From an uncultured Acidobacteriota bacterium (lineage in GTDB: Bacteria; Acidobacteriota; Thermoanaerobaculia; Multivoradales; SZUA-115): a stretch of 64,000 bases of DNA. The notes beneath the pieces are model-generated. The model had not been told where the DNA came from. It saw only the letters and a list, made by a program, of their open reading frames with translations, and ran no database searches. The stretch is taken from assembly GCA_963805975.1 (NCBI GenBank), contig CAWDVR010000001.1, positions 1-64,000 of the forward strand, given 5' to 3'. Shown one piece after another: positions 11,921 through 21,526 of this stretch; positions within the stretch are counted from its first letter, which is position 1, and every line of letters begins with the position of its first letter. The position numbers were made by a program, and so were the translations under genes.

Positions 11921-13770
11921 CGGGTGAGCTGCCCCTTGAGGTCGCCGGCGCGGGCCGTCAGGTACTCGTGGCGCTGGCGCGCCGACTTGTATTCGAAGTT
12001 CTCGCGCAGGTCGCCCATCGCCCGCGCCTCCTCGATCGCCTTGCGGTTGGCCGGGATCTCCTTGGCGAGGATCTCGTGCAGCTCTGCCTCCTTGGCGTCG
12101 ATCGAGGCGCCGAGGGCGTAGAGCGGCGCGTGCTCCTCCTTGCGCAGGCCCGAGAAACGCATCTGCAGGGCACGTTGGAGATCCTCCCGCTGGTAGAGCT
12201 CGAGGCCCGCGGCGCGTTGCACCGCCTCCTCGGCCTGCGCGGCCTGCTCCTCAGTCAGGTGCGACAGGAGCCGCGGAATGGTGCCGCCGGACTCGCACAG
12301 GGCCAGGAGGCGCGCGCGGTACGGCGCGAGCTCCGGGCTCGCCATCCCGGCGAAGATCTGCTGGAAGAGGCGGAGCGGGTTCCTGGCCCTCAAGGCGTCG
12401 TCGCCCGCGGCGCGCTCGGCGAGCCAGACGAAGGCGGCGGGTGCCCGGTGGGGCTGGAGCACGAGGCCGTCGAGGAAGCGGTCGAGCTCGGCGCGGGATA
12501 CCTCTTTGGCGAGGGCGCCGGCCAGGAGGTCGAGGGAGCGCGGATCCTCCTCACGCGACAGCGCCGCCAGGTAGAGCGCGGGCCAGTCGGCACGCACCTC
12601 TGCGACGAGGCCGTAGGCGCGCTCGCGCAGAGTGCGATCCTCGATGCCGGCCAGTGCCGCCCGGGGGTCGATGGAGTACTGCTCGGCGGCGCCGGTCAGC
12701 AGCACCCGCGGCGACCAGGGGGCGTCGGCCGGGGCGCTGCCGCTCCTTTCGAGAGCGAACCAGATCTCGATCGCGAGGCCCGGGTCCTTGCCGGCGACCT
12801 TGGCCGCCAGCTCGCCGAGGTCGGCTTCCATCTTCTGGCGCAGAGCCTCGTCCCGCGCACCGTCGCGGCGCAACAGGTCGATCTTCTTGCGCGGCTCGGC
12901 GCGGCGGAACGATTCCCAGACCCTGGACACGGCCTCTCCGCTGCTCGCCGACCAGCCGTAGGCCTGGCGGCCGCTGCTGCCGGCCGTGACCTGCGGGTGC
13001 TTGCGCGCCGCGGTCCACCAGGTGGTCCAGCGGGACTCGTCCACCAGGCCGACGAGATCGCGCTTGATCTCCGCCGCGGTGAGCGGCTGGTCATAGCTCT
13101 GGAGCACGATACGGAGGAGGTCACTCGGGTCCTTCTCCGCGATCTCCCGCAGTGCCTGCGGCTCGATGATCTTGCGGTGGAGCACGTGGGTGGGCGGCAG
13201 GCGCTTGAGCAGCTTGGGCGCCGCCTTGAAGCCCACGGAGAACCGCGGCAGGCCGACGATGTCGATGCGGAAGCTCTGGAGAGGCAGGTTGATCTCCGCC
13301 ACGCGGCCGGCGCCCTTGCCCTCCATCCATACGATCTCGCCCAAGTCGAAGACGATCAGTGCCAGAAAGCGCTCCACTTTCTCCCAGGTCTTGGGGATGT
13401 CGGTTGGGGCACGCAGGAGGCCGGCCTCCTCGATCAGGCCCTTGTAACCCGGCCGTTTGCCGTAGAGGCCGGCGAGAGAGGCGAGGATCTCCTGGTGCAG
13501 GCGCTCGGCCGGCTCGAAGAGCAGGGGCCCGACCTGTTCGAGGAGGGCGAGGCGCTTGCGCCAGCTCCCCCCGCTCTTGAGCTGCTTGTCGAGCATCTCG
13601 AGGAGGTTCGTCGCCCGGTTGTCCTGTGCCTGGCCCGCCAGGCCGCGCGCCACGGCGGCGAAGAACTCGATGTCGTGGGGGTCCTCCTCGAGGCGCTCCA
13701 GCCACTCGATCTCGATGGCGTCGAAGTCCGCTTTTTCGAGCAGCTCCTTGAGTCTCCGCGCATTCGCCAT
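11916..13770 (-). CDS. greA: Large GreA/GreB-domain transcription elongation factor with a ~550-aa N-terminal helical extension; 3' end truncated
   Basis: C-terminal [28 protein letters not shown] matches the GreA coiled-coil; ATG at 13770. Confidence 0.8.
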
Positions 13771-13945
13771 AGACGCCAGAACATAGCAGATCGAAGCGGC
13801 CCGCCTGCCCCCAGCCCTCTCGGCCCCACGCCTCGGGGTATCTCGCGTTGCGGTGCTCGAGCTCACTTCGGGCGGCCTGCGCTCCTCACGCGAGACACCC
13901 CGAGGCTGCCTCGGCAAGGCATGGTCAGAGCGCTAGAGTACCGGC

Positions 13946-14689
13946 GTGGATCCTCAGCCCGACGCTCGCGACGACTTCCGCGCCCGGCTGCGCGAGGCCG
14001 GCGGCCCCGAGCTGCTCGCCCTGCTGCGCGAGCGCGCGGACGACCTCGACGTCGAGGCGGTGCGGCAGGTGGTGCGCAACCCTTATGCCGACCACGAGGT
14101 GATGGAAGCTCTGGCCGGCGTCCAGCGCCTGCTCGAGGTCTACGAGGTGCGGCGCGCTCTGGCCTTCCATCCGCGGGCCCCCGAGGCTCTCGCCCTCCGT
14201 TTCGTCGCCGGCCTCTTCTGGCGCGATCTCCTGGAGCTCGGCAGCGACGTCAAGGTCCGGCCACCGCTGCGCGTGGCCGCGGACCGCTACCTCGCCGAGC
14301 GCTTGCCCTCGCTCGCCGAGGGGGAGAAGATGTCCATCGCCCGCCGTGCCGGCGCCAACGTGCTGGCGCGGTTGCGCCACGATCCCAGCCGGCGGGTGAT
14401 CGCCGCCCTGCTCGAGAACCCGCGGCTGACCGAGGCGACGCTCTATCCCCTGGTGCGCCGCGAGGCGACGCCGGGGCCGGTCCTGGCGCTGATCGCCGAG
14501 TCCACCCGTTGGGGCATGCGCTACGAGCTCCGCACCGGGCTCGCGGCCAATCCCTCGACCCCGATCGAGATCGCGCTGCGCCTGTTGCCGGGGCTCAAGC
14601 GCGGCGACCTGGCAGCCATCGCGGCGGCGGAACGCGTCGCAGGTTCGGTCCGGGGCCGTGCCCGAGCCCTCGCCGGTGGCGGCAACTGA
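13946..14689 (+). CDS. Hypothetical helical-repeat (HEAT/LRV-like) protein
   Basis: Repeated 'LLENPRL', 'LAANPSTP' and 'VVRNPY' units; clean 247-aa ORF. Confidence 0.65.
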   Translation: MDPQPDARDDFRARLREAGGPELLALLRERADDLDVEAVRQVVRNPYADHEVMEALAGVQRLLEVYEVRRALAFHPRAPEALALRFVAGLFWRDLLELGSDVKVRPPLRVAADRYLAERLPSLAEGEKMSIARRAGANVLARLRHDPSRRVIAALLENPRLTEATLYPLVRREATPGPVLALIAESTRWGMRYELRTGLAANPSTPIEIALRLLPGLKRGDLAAIAAAERVAGSVRGRARALAGGGN

Positions 14690-14719
14690 TTGACCTGACG
14701 ATAGATGGACGACTAAGCT
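14690..14719 (+). promoter_or_regulatory. Putative sigma70 promoter for rodZ
   Basis: TTGACC-N18-TAAGCT. Confidence 0.4.
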
Positions 14720-14729
14720 ACACCAAGAT

Positions 14730-15632
14730 TTGACGGTGCCGATGACCGCCAAAATACGCACCCGACCCAAGCTCCGGCTCCTTTCCGACGCCGGCGGAGA
14801 ATCCGTGTCCTTCGGGAGCTGGCTGCGCCGCCAGCGCGAGGTGCGCGACATCAGCCTGCGCGAGATCGCCGAGTCGAGCAAGATCAGCTTGCGCTACCTC
14901 GAGGCCTTCGAGCAGGACCGCTTCGACATCCTGCCCGCGCGGGTCTTCGCGCAGGGCTTTCTGCGCGAGTACGCCAAGTACGTGGGACTCGACCCCGACG
15001 AGGTGGTGAATCACTACATCGCCTCCCAACAGGACGTGGAGCCCGACGAGGATGGAGAGGCGAGCGCCGAGGTCAAGCGCCCCGCCGCGTCCTCGAACTG
15101 GTGGTTCCACGTGTTGCTGGTGTTGGGCGTGGCCGCGACCCTGGTGCTCGCGGCCCTCCTCGCCTTCCAGACCGAGCGCAACCGGTCCCGTGCCCCGGGG
15201 CCAGCTACGGAGCCGGCCGTCGAGACCGAGAGGCCCTCCCTGCCACCGCCGCCGGCTGACGTGGGGAGCGAGGTCGAGCCGGCGGCGCCACCCCTCGCGC
15301 CTGCCCCGGAGCCGACCGAAACCGGGCCGATCGAGCCCTCACCGGCGCCCGCCGTCGCGTCGGCACCGCTCCTGGTGCGGCTTCGCTTCCGGGAGCGCTG
15401 CTACGCGGAGATCTCGGTCGACGGTGCGCGCCTCGCGCCGCAGGAGCACCCGGCCGGCGAGGTCGTGGATCTCGCGGCGGAGCGCGAGGTGCGCCTGACC
15501 CTGGGCAATGCCGGCGGAGTCGACGTCGAGGTCAACGGCCGGCCGTACGCGCTGGGCCGTGGCCGCGGCCAGGTGGCGCGCGACGTGCGCATCGACCTCG
15601 AGACGGCCAGATCCCTCGCCGAGGCGCCGTGA
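14730..15632 (+). CDS. rodZ: RodZ-like protein: HTH_25, TM helix, Pro-rich linker, DUF4115
   Basis: FGSWLRRQREVRDISLREIA...FAQGFLREYAKYVGLD; one TM segment; LTLGNAGGVDVEVNG. Confidence 0.85.
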   Translation: MTVPMTAKIRTRPKLRLLSDAGGESVSFGSWLRRQREVRDISLREIAESSKISLRYLEAFEQDRFDILPARVFAQGFLREYAKYVGLDPDEVVNHYIASQQDVEPDEDGEASAEVKRPAASSNWWFHVLLVLGVAATLVLAALLAFQTERNRSRAPGPATEPAVETERPSLPPPPADVGSEVEPAAPPLAPAPEPTETGPIEPSPAPAVASAPLLVRLRFRERCYAEISVDGARLAPQEHPAGEVVDLAAEREVRLTLGNAGGVDVEVNGRPYALGRGRGQVARDVRIDLETARSLAEAP

Positions 15633-16654
15633 TGGTGGCCTTCGAGACGGCCTCGCCGCTCGTCCAGCAGGTGCTCTCCGGCGGCAGCCGGGAGCTGCGC
15701 GTGCTGGCGGCGCGGGGCCTCCTCCCCTTGGCGCCGGAGGAGCTGATCCCGCTGCAGGTGATGCTCGCCCACGACCCCGACCCCGAGGTCGCGGGCCGCG
15801 CGACGGCCGTGCTGCGGATGACCGAGCCGCGCCACCTGGCGCAGTTCGCGACCGCGGACGCCGGCGTCGAGGAGCTGGCCTTCCTGGCCGAGCACGTCGA
15901 TCAGCCGGAAGTGGTCGAGGCCATGCTGCGGCGGCGCGACATGCCGCGCCACCTGCTGGTCGAGATCGCGCCGCGGCTCTCGCCGCCGCTGCAGGAGATC
16001 CTGATCCTGCGCCAGGACGCCATCGTGGAGGAGCCGGCGATCCTCGACGCCCTGGAGTGCAACCCGCAGCTCGAGTTCCACGTCCGGCGCCGCATCGGCG
16101 AGTACCGGGAGCACCTCCTGCCGCGCCGCTTCCGGGAGCCCGAGGCCGAGGCGCAGACGATCGAAGAAGCGAGCGACGAGGAAGTCGCGATGGCGATCGC
16201 CGAGGCCGCGCTGCTGCCGCCCAAGGGTGAGCGCGACGAGTCGACGGGCCTGACCGAGGGGCAGATCCGTGCCCTGGCGGTGCCGGTGCGCATCAAGCTC
16301 ACGCGCGGCGCGGCCCGGACGCTGCGCACCATCCTGATCCGGGACACCAACCCCACCGTCGCGATCTCCGCGATGGTCAACAATGCGCTCTCCGACGAGG
16401 AGGTCGAGGCGCTGGCGCGCAGCCGGGTGGTGGTGGACGAGGTGCTGCTCGAGATCTCGCGGCGGCGGGATTGGATGCATCGCTACGCCATCGTCAACGC
16501 CCTGGTGGGCAACCCGCGCACGCCGATCAACATCTCGATGCGCAGCCTGCCGCGCCTGGGCCCTCGCGACCTGCGCTCCCTGGCCCACAACCGCAACGTG
16601 CCGGACGCGGTGCGCTCCGCGGCCCAGCGCCAGTACCAGGTCAGGACGAGCTGA
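15629..16654 (+). CDS. Conserved hypothetical helical-repeat protein, apparently related to 13946..14689
   Basis: RIKLTRG...RTILIRDTN, YAIVNALVGNPRTP, LAHNRNVPDAVR; start overlaps the rodZ stop. Confidence 0.7.
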   Translation: MMVAFETASPLVQQVLSGGSRELRVLAARGLLPLAPEELIPLQVMLAHDPDPEVAGRATAVLRMTEPRHLAQFATADAGVEELAFLAEHVDQPEVVEAMLRRRDMPRHLLVEIAPRLSPPLQEILILRQDAIVEEPAILDALECNPQLEFHVRRRIGEYREHLLPRRFREPEAEAQTIEEASDEEVAMAIAEAALLPPKGERDESTGLTEGQIRALAVPVRIKLTRGAARTLRTILIRDTNPTVAISAMVNNALSDEEVEALARSRVVVDEVLLEISRRRDWMHRYAIVNALVGNPRTPINISMRSLPRLGPRDLRSLAHNRNVPDAVRSAAQRQYQVRTS

Positions 16655-16659
16655 GCCTC

Positions 16660-17307
16660 ATGGTGAAGAGCCACTACGACGTCCTGGGCGTGCTGCACCA
16701 CGCGACGGCCGAGCAGATCCGGAGCCGCTTCCTGGATCTCGCCCGCCAGCGCCACCCTGACCGCTTCCAGGGGCCCGAGAAAGAGCGTGCCGAGCGCGAG
16801 TTCCAGGAGATCACCGCCGCCTTCAACCTGCTGACGGACCCGGAGAAGCGGCGCCAGCACGACATGGATCTCGCCCGGCCGGTGGTCTCCAAGCAGGGTG
16901 CCGACCCGACGCAGCTCGCCAAGGTGTACATGCAGCGCGGCATCAAGGCCTACAAGGAGAGCAACTATCTCGAGGCGGCCGACAACTTCGACCGCGCCAC
17001 CAAGGCGCAGAAGGACAACGCCAAAGCCTGGCACCATCTGGCGCTCGCCTGCAGCCATCAGCGACGCTGGCTGTCGCGCGCCATCGCGGCCATCAGCCGT
17101 GCCTGCGAGCTCGAGCCGATGAACGCCGGCTACCTGAAGCTCGCCGGGCGGCTGTTCGAGAGCGCGGTGATGCCGCTCAAGGCGGAGCAGTTCTACTCCG
17201 AGAGCCTGAAGTGGGGAGGCAGCGATCCGGCCGTCGAAGAGCGCCTGGAAGAGCTGCGCAAGCAGGTGAGGAAGGGCAAGTCGGGTCTCTTCGGAAAGGT
17301 CGGTTGA
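16660..17307 (+). CDS. J-domain (DnaJ) plus TPR protein
   Basis: SHYDVLGV...RQRHPDRF...FQEITAAFNLLTDPEKRRQHD with an intact HPD; TPR-like helices follow. Confidence 0.85.
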   Translation: MVKSHYDVLGVLHHATAEQIRSRFLDLARQRHPDRFQGPEKERAEREFQEITAAFNLLTDPEKRRQHDMDLARPVVSKQGADPTQLAKVYMQRGIKAYKESNYLEAADNFDRATKAQKDNAKAWHHLALACSHQRRWLSRAIAAISRACELEPMNAGYLKLAGRLFESAVMPLKAEQFYSESLKWGGSDPAVEERLEELRKQVRKGKSGLFGKVG

Positions 17308-18074
17308 TGCTCCGAGTCAAGGCCTGCGGGCTGTCCGACGTCGGCATGACGCGGACGCACAACGAGGACTGCTTCGAGATCGAGTCGGAGCACCATCTGT
17401 ACGTGGTGGCGGACGGCATGGGCGGTCACAGCCACGGCGAGATCGCCTCGCGCATCGCGGTCGAGACCATCCGCGACTTCGTGGTGCAGTCGGACCGGAA
17501 CGGCGGCGCGCCCTTTCCCGGCCAGGATCCCCGCGGCCGGCGAGCCACCCACGCGCTGATCTCCGCCATCCGCCTGGCTCACGACCGGGTGCTCGCGGCG
17601 ATCGGCAAGGACGCCGCGCTGCAAGGCATGGGCACCACGGTGGCGGGAATGCTGGTCGACCGGCAGGGCGCCGCCGTGGCCCACGTCGGGGACAGCCGCG
17701 TCTACCGCGTGCGCGACGGCAGGCTGGAGCTCCTGACCCAGGACCACACCTGGGTCAACGAGCAGGTGGTGGCGGGCTACCTGTCCGAGGAGCAGGCGCG
17801 GGTCCACCCGCTCAAGAACGTGGTGACCCGTGCCCTGGGCGGCGACACCGAGGTGATGGTGGACGTGCGCGAAGTGGATCTCGCCCCAGGCGACATCTAT
17901 CTCCTGTGCTCGGACGGCCTCACCACCATGCTCCCCGACCGCGACCTCGAGCGCGAGCTGGCCTCCGGCCGCTCGATCGAGGAAAGCTGCCACCGCCTGC
18001 TGAGCGACGCCAACGCCCACGGCGGCGTCGACAACATCACGGTCGTGCTGCTGCAGGTCGAGGCTGGGGAGTAG
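17307..18074 (+). CDS. PP2C/Stp1-family Ser/Thr protein phosphatase
   Basis: SDVGMTRTHNED, VADGMGGH, GMGTT, HVGDSRVY, LLCSDGL, GGVDNIT; TGATG coupling to the upstream gene. Confidence 0.92.
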   Translation: MLRVKACGLSDVGMTRTHNEDCFEIESEHHLYVVADGMGGHSHGEIASRIAVETIRDFVVQSDRNGGAPFPGQDPRGRRATHALISAIRLAHDRVLAAIGKDAALQGMGTTVAGMLVDRQGAAVAHVGDSRVYRVRDGRLELLTQDHTWVNEQVVAGYLSEEQARVHPLKNVVTRALGGDTEVMVDVREVDLAPGDIYLLCSDGLTTMLPDRDLERELASGRSIEESCHRLLSDANAHGGVDNITVVLLQVEAGE

Positions 18075-18140
18075 GAGAGCGGAGCCGGCCCAGCCTGCCG
18101 AGCGCCGCCGGGCTGAGGCGGCATCCAGAGCTCTCCCACC

Positions 18141-18320
18141 CCCCGCTGTCATCCTGAGCGCAGCGAAGGATCTGGGGGTTGGGAACTGAGCGTCCAGCAC
18201 GCCAGCCGGACCCTGCACCCGCCGGAAGCAGAAGGCGTTACGACCGTCGCTCCTAGCACCGCTTCAGCGCGCCGCTCTCCCCCGCCCAGATCCTTCGCTG
18301 CGCTCAGGATGACAGCGGGG
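18141..18320. repeat. REP-like doublet, perfect 36-bp inverted repeat
   Basis: ccccgctgtcatcctgagcgcagcgaaggatctggg at 18141-18176 and its exact reverse complement at 18285-18320. Confidence 0.9.
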
Positions 18321-18329
18321 GAGCCCGCC

Positions 18330-19865
18330 TTCGTCTGCTCCTGACCGGACGTCTCGCCCGCTGGGGTGCGGAGGTGGAAGCGCTCGCTTGGCGTGCTCGC
18401 AGAGGAGACCGCCGCTCGTTCTTGCTGGCCCGCACCGAGGGGCGGCGGAGGATGACGAGGGAGGACGAGGCCCAAGCCCACGCGCTCGCCCGCGAGCTGG
18501 GCTGCCTTCGCGCCCTGGAGCAGGCGGGCACCGACATCGCGGAGCGTGCCTGACCCTGGCCGCCAATCGGCGAGTGTCAGGAACACCACGACCAGGTGCT
18601 CACCTGGTCAAGCCGGGGTGAGCCACTACCCGGCGACCGTCGCCGTCACCTGGCAGCACCTCCTTGACCGGCTCAAGCCCCGGCCCGCCGGCTGCTCGAG
18701 CGCCTCGCGGGCTGCGGCCCGAACCGTCCGGATCGCACGCTGAAGTACCGGTTCCCGGGTCACGAAGCCAGAGCCTGACCCGGGCGCCCTGAGGATCGCT
18801 CGAGACCGACTCTCTGGTGACCCGTTCTGGCGACGCGCCCACCTTCACCGTCCATCGCCGGTGCAGGACATAACGCGCCGCAGCCTGCGGAATGACCGGC
18901 AATGCGTCGCTGGGGAGGCTCTTGCGGGTGGATGCCGCCTTATCGGTGATCCCAGGATGTCCGCACCTCGCCACCCTCGACTCTCTTTCCCCCCACGCCC
19001 GCGCCGTGGTCGCGTTCGCCGATGCAGTCGGCCTCGTCGATCCGACCTCCAGGCTGATGAACGAGCTGGGGCAGCTATTGAAGGCCAGAGCCCGCTACGG
19101 CGAGGCGGAGCCGTTGATGCGCCGTACACTGGCGATCGGCGAGGCCTCCTTCGGCCGAGCATCCCGACGTGGCCAGCCCTCAACAACTTGTCTTTGCTTT
19201 CCAGGATACGAACCGCCTCTCGGAGGCGGAGCCGTTGCACCGCCGTACACTGGCGATCGACGAGGCTCCTTCGGCCCTGAGCATCCCGACGTGGCCATTG
19301 CCCTCAACAACCTGGCTTTGCTTCTCAAGGCGACGAACCGTCTTTCGGAGGCGGAGCCGTTGATGCGTCGTGCACTGGCGATCGACGAGTCCTCCGTCGG
19401 CCGAGCATTCCAAAGTCTCCAATCCGCCTCAGCAACCTGGCTCAAGCTTCTCAGGTGACGAACCGCTTTCGAAGGCGGGCCGTGATGTGAGAGTAGTGAA
19501 GATCTGGCGAGTCCGCAGAGCAGTGTCGGGAAGTACCACCCCAATGTCGCGACGCCTCACCAACCTGGCTTTGCTTCTCAAGCGCGACGAATCGTGTTGG
19601 AGGCGGAGCCGTTGATGAACGTCGCGCCCTGGCGATCGACGAGGCCGCCCTCGGACCTGAGCATCCCAAGGTGGCCATCGGTCTCAACGACCTGGCTCGC
19701 ATGTCAGACAGGAACGCCATTGGACGCCGAGCCGTCAATGCGGCGGGCGTTGGGGATCCGTTGCTGCGAGTCCTGGCGAGGATCCTCGGCCGGTCGACTC
19801 AGACTGTTCGCGAGAACCTGAACGCCCTGCTGGCTGGGATGGTGCCAGGAGAAGGCTTGACCCCA
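18330..19865 (+). pseudogene. Decayed STAND/NB-ARC NTPase plus TPR_12 repeat gene; 5' part missing
   Basis: Fragments across frames: FLLARTEGRRR...ALARELGCL(R)ALEQAG (GLPL-like), YPATVAVTWQ, HR(L)VQD, then repeated AEPLMRRALAI / HPDVAIALNNLA units; many indels and stops. Confidence 0.8.
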
Positions 19866-19896
19866 CGGTAACCGTGAGCGGAGGCCCAGAGACGAT

Positions 19897-19986
19897 TGTC
19901 GTCCCGAGCGAGAGCGAGGGACCTGGAGAGCGGGTGGCGAACTATTCCTGCTCTCACCCAGATCCTTCGTTGCGCTCAGGATGACA
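19897..19986. repeat. REP-like doublet, same family as 18141, with a degenerate left arm
   Basis: tgtcgtcccgagcgagagcgagggacctgg ... cccagatccttcgttgcgctcaggatgaca. Confidence 0.8.
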
Positions 19987-20067
19987 GAAGGCGGCCTCGA
20001 GCCCAGGTCCCAGCCTGGGGCCGAGGCGCTCGAACGGCCGCCCCGCTCCAGACGATCGCGCGACTGG

Positions 20068-20838
20068 CTAGCTCTTCGCCTGGTGCAGCGCGAAGGCCGC
20101 GCCCTGGGGGTCCATGGCGCCGGCTACTCGACCGGCGTCGTCCGGTACGTCCATGGGGCCGTAGAGGATCTGGCCCCCGAGCTTGGTGACCGTCGCGACC
20201 GCGGCGTCGAGGTCCGGGACTTTCACGTAGATCAGCCAGCTCGACACCGGCGACTCGGGAGGTTTGGCGTAGATGCCGCCCATCGGGAAGTCCGCCCAGC
20301 CGAACATGCGGTAGACGCCGCCCATCTCGCCCATGTCCATCTGGCCGGTCTCGTGCCAGCCGAAGAGCGTGCGGTAGAAGTCCCAGCCGGCGTCCGGGTC
20401 GGTGGTGATCAGCTCGTGCCAGGAGACGTCGCCCACCTCGGGCGGCGCCGGTTCGGCGGCCGGTGTGGTCGACGAGGAGTGCAGCGCGAACATCGCGCCC
20501 TGGGGGTCGGCGAGCACGGCGAAGCGCCCGACGTTGGGGATGTCCTGGGGCGCGACGAAGCTCTTCGCCCCCATCTCGAGGGCGCGCTTGTGGGCCTCGT
20601 CCACCGACGGCACCCCGACGTACGGCAGCCAGTGGGACGGGGCGCCCTGGGCGCTGGCCTCGGGCGGGAGCTGCATGGCGCCACCGACCGGCTTCTCACC
20701 CTTCTGCCACAGCGTGTAGGGCGGCATGCCGGGAATGTCGAAGACGCCGGTGGTCCACCCGGTCACCGCCGGGTAGAAGGCCTTGGCGGCCTCGGGGTCC
20801 TGGGTCAGAAGCTCGTACCAGACGAAGGGCTGGGCCAT
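20068..20838 (-). CDS. VOC/glyoxalase family protein with two domains
   Basis: FVWYELLTQDPEAAKAFY, VGRFAVLADPQGA, VSWHELITTD, AMDPQGAAFAL. Confidence 0.88.
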   Translation of the reverse strand: MAQPFVWYELLTQDPEAAKAFYPAVTGWTTGVFDIPGMPPYTLWQKGEKPVGGAMQLPPEASAQGAPSHWLPYVGVPSVDEAHKRALEMGAKSFVAPQDIPNVGRFAVLADPQGAMFALHSSSTTPAAEPAPPEVGDVSWHELITTDPDAGWDFYRTLFGWHETGQMDMGEMGGVYRMFGWADFPMGGIYAKPPESPVSSWLIYVKVPDLDAAVATVTKLGGQILYGPMDVPDDAGRVAGAMDPQGAAFALHQAKS

Positions 20839-20872
20839 CGATTGCCTCTCTTTCGGTGGAAGGGTTTCCAGG

Positions 20873-21523
20873 TTAGCGCAAACGGGGCGTATGTTCAATT
20901 ACCCGCGCCGGCACGCCGTAGGCCACCACACCGGCCGGCAGGTCGCCCACCACGGCGGCCCCGACGCCGACCATTGTCCAGGCGCCGATCGAAACGTTGT
21001 TGCGCACCGAGACGCCGACGCCCAGGTGCGCGCCCTCGCCGACCGTCACCGTGCCTCCCAGGTGGACGCCAGGGGAGAGGTGGGCATGGTCGCCGATCGC
21101 GGCGTCGTGGTCCACGGTCGCGCCAGTGTTGACGATCACGTTGCGGCCGAGGCGGGCGCCCGGGTTGACCACGGCGCCGGCGAAGACCACGGTGCCCGGT
21201 CCGAGAGTTGCGGCGGGGGAGAGCACGGCCGAGGGATGGACCACGGTGGCGGGTTCGGCGCCGGCAGCGAGCAGGGCCTCGAAGAGGCGGCTTCGCGCCC
21301 GGTTGTCGCCGATCGACACCACCAGCCGCGCGCCGTGGGCTCGGGCCCAGGCCGCGGCTTCCTCCACCGCGATCGCCACTACGGGGACGCCCTCCAGCTC
21401 GAGGCCGCGGCGCGCGGGATCGTCGTCCCCCCAGCCGGCGATCTCCCAGCCGGCGGCACGGGCGGCGTCGGCCACCACCCGGCCGTGGCCGCTGGCGCCG
21501 AAGAGGAGCAGCCGGTCAGCCAT
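20873..21523 (-). CDS. PglD/NeuD-family sugar acetyltransferase (hexapeptide repeats)
   Basis: FGASGHGRVV, IGDNRAR, NTGATVDHD, GVPAR. Confidence 0.9.
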   Translation of the reverse strand: MADRLLLFGASGHGRVVADAARAAGWEIAGWGDDDPARRGLELEGVPVVAIAVEEAAAWARAHGARLVVSIGDNRARSRLFEALLAAGAEPATVVHPSAVLSPAATLGPGTVVFAGAVVNPGARLGRNVIVNTGATVDHDAAIGDHAHLSPGVHLGGTVTVGEGAHLGVGVSVRNNVSIGAWTMVGVGAAVVGDLPAGVVAYGVPARVIEHTPRLR

Positions 21524-21526
21524 GCC

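Noticed and set aside
11767-13917. Novel GreA fusion with an Arg-rich tail (716-aa ORF)
   Set aside because: The tail is out-of-frame secA sequence read across the junction.
18141-19986. CRISPR array
   Set aside because: The repeats are inverted doublets or TPR-coding repeats, not regularly spaced direct repeats with unique spacers; no cas genes are present.
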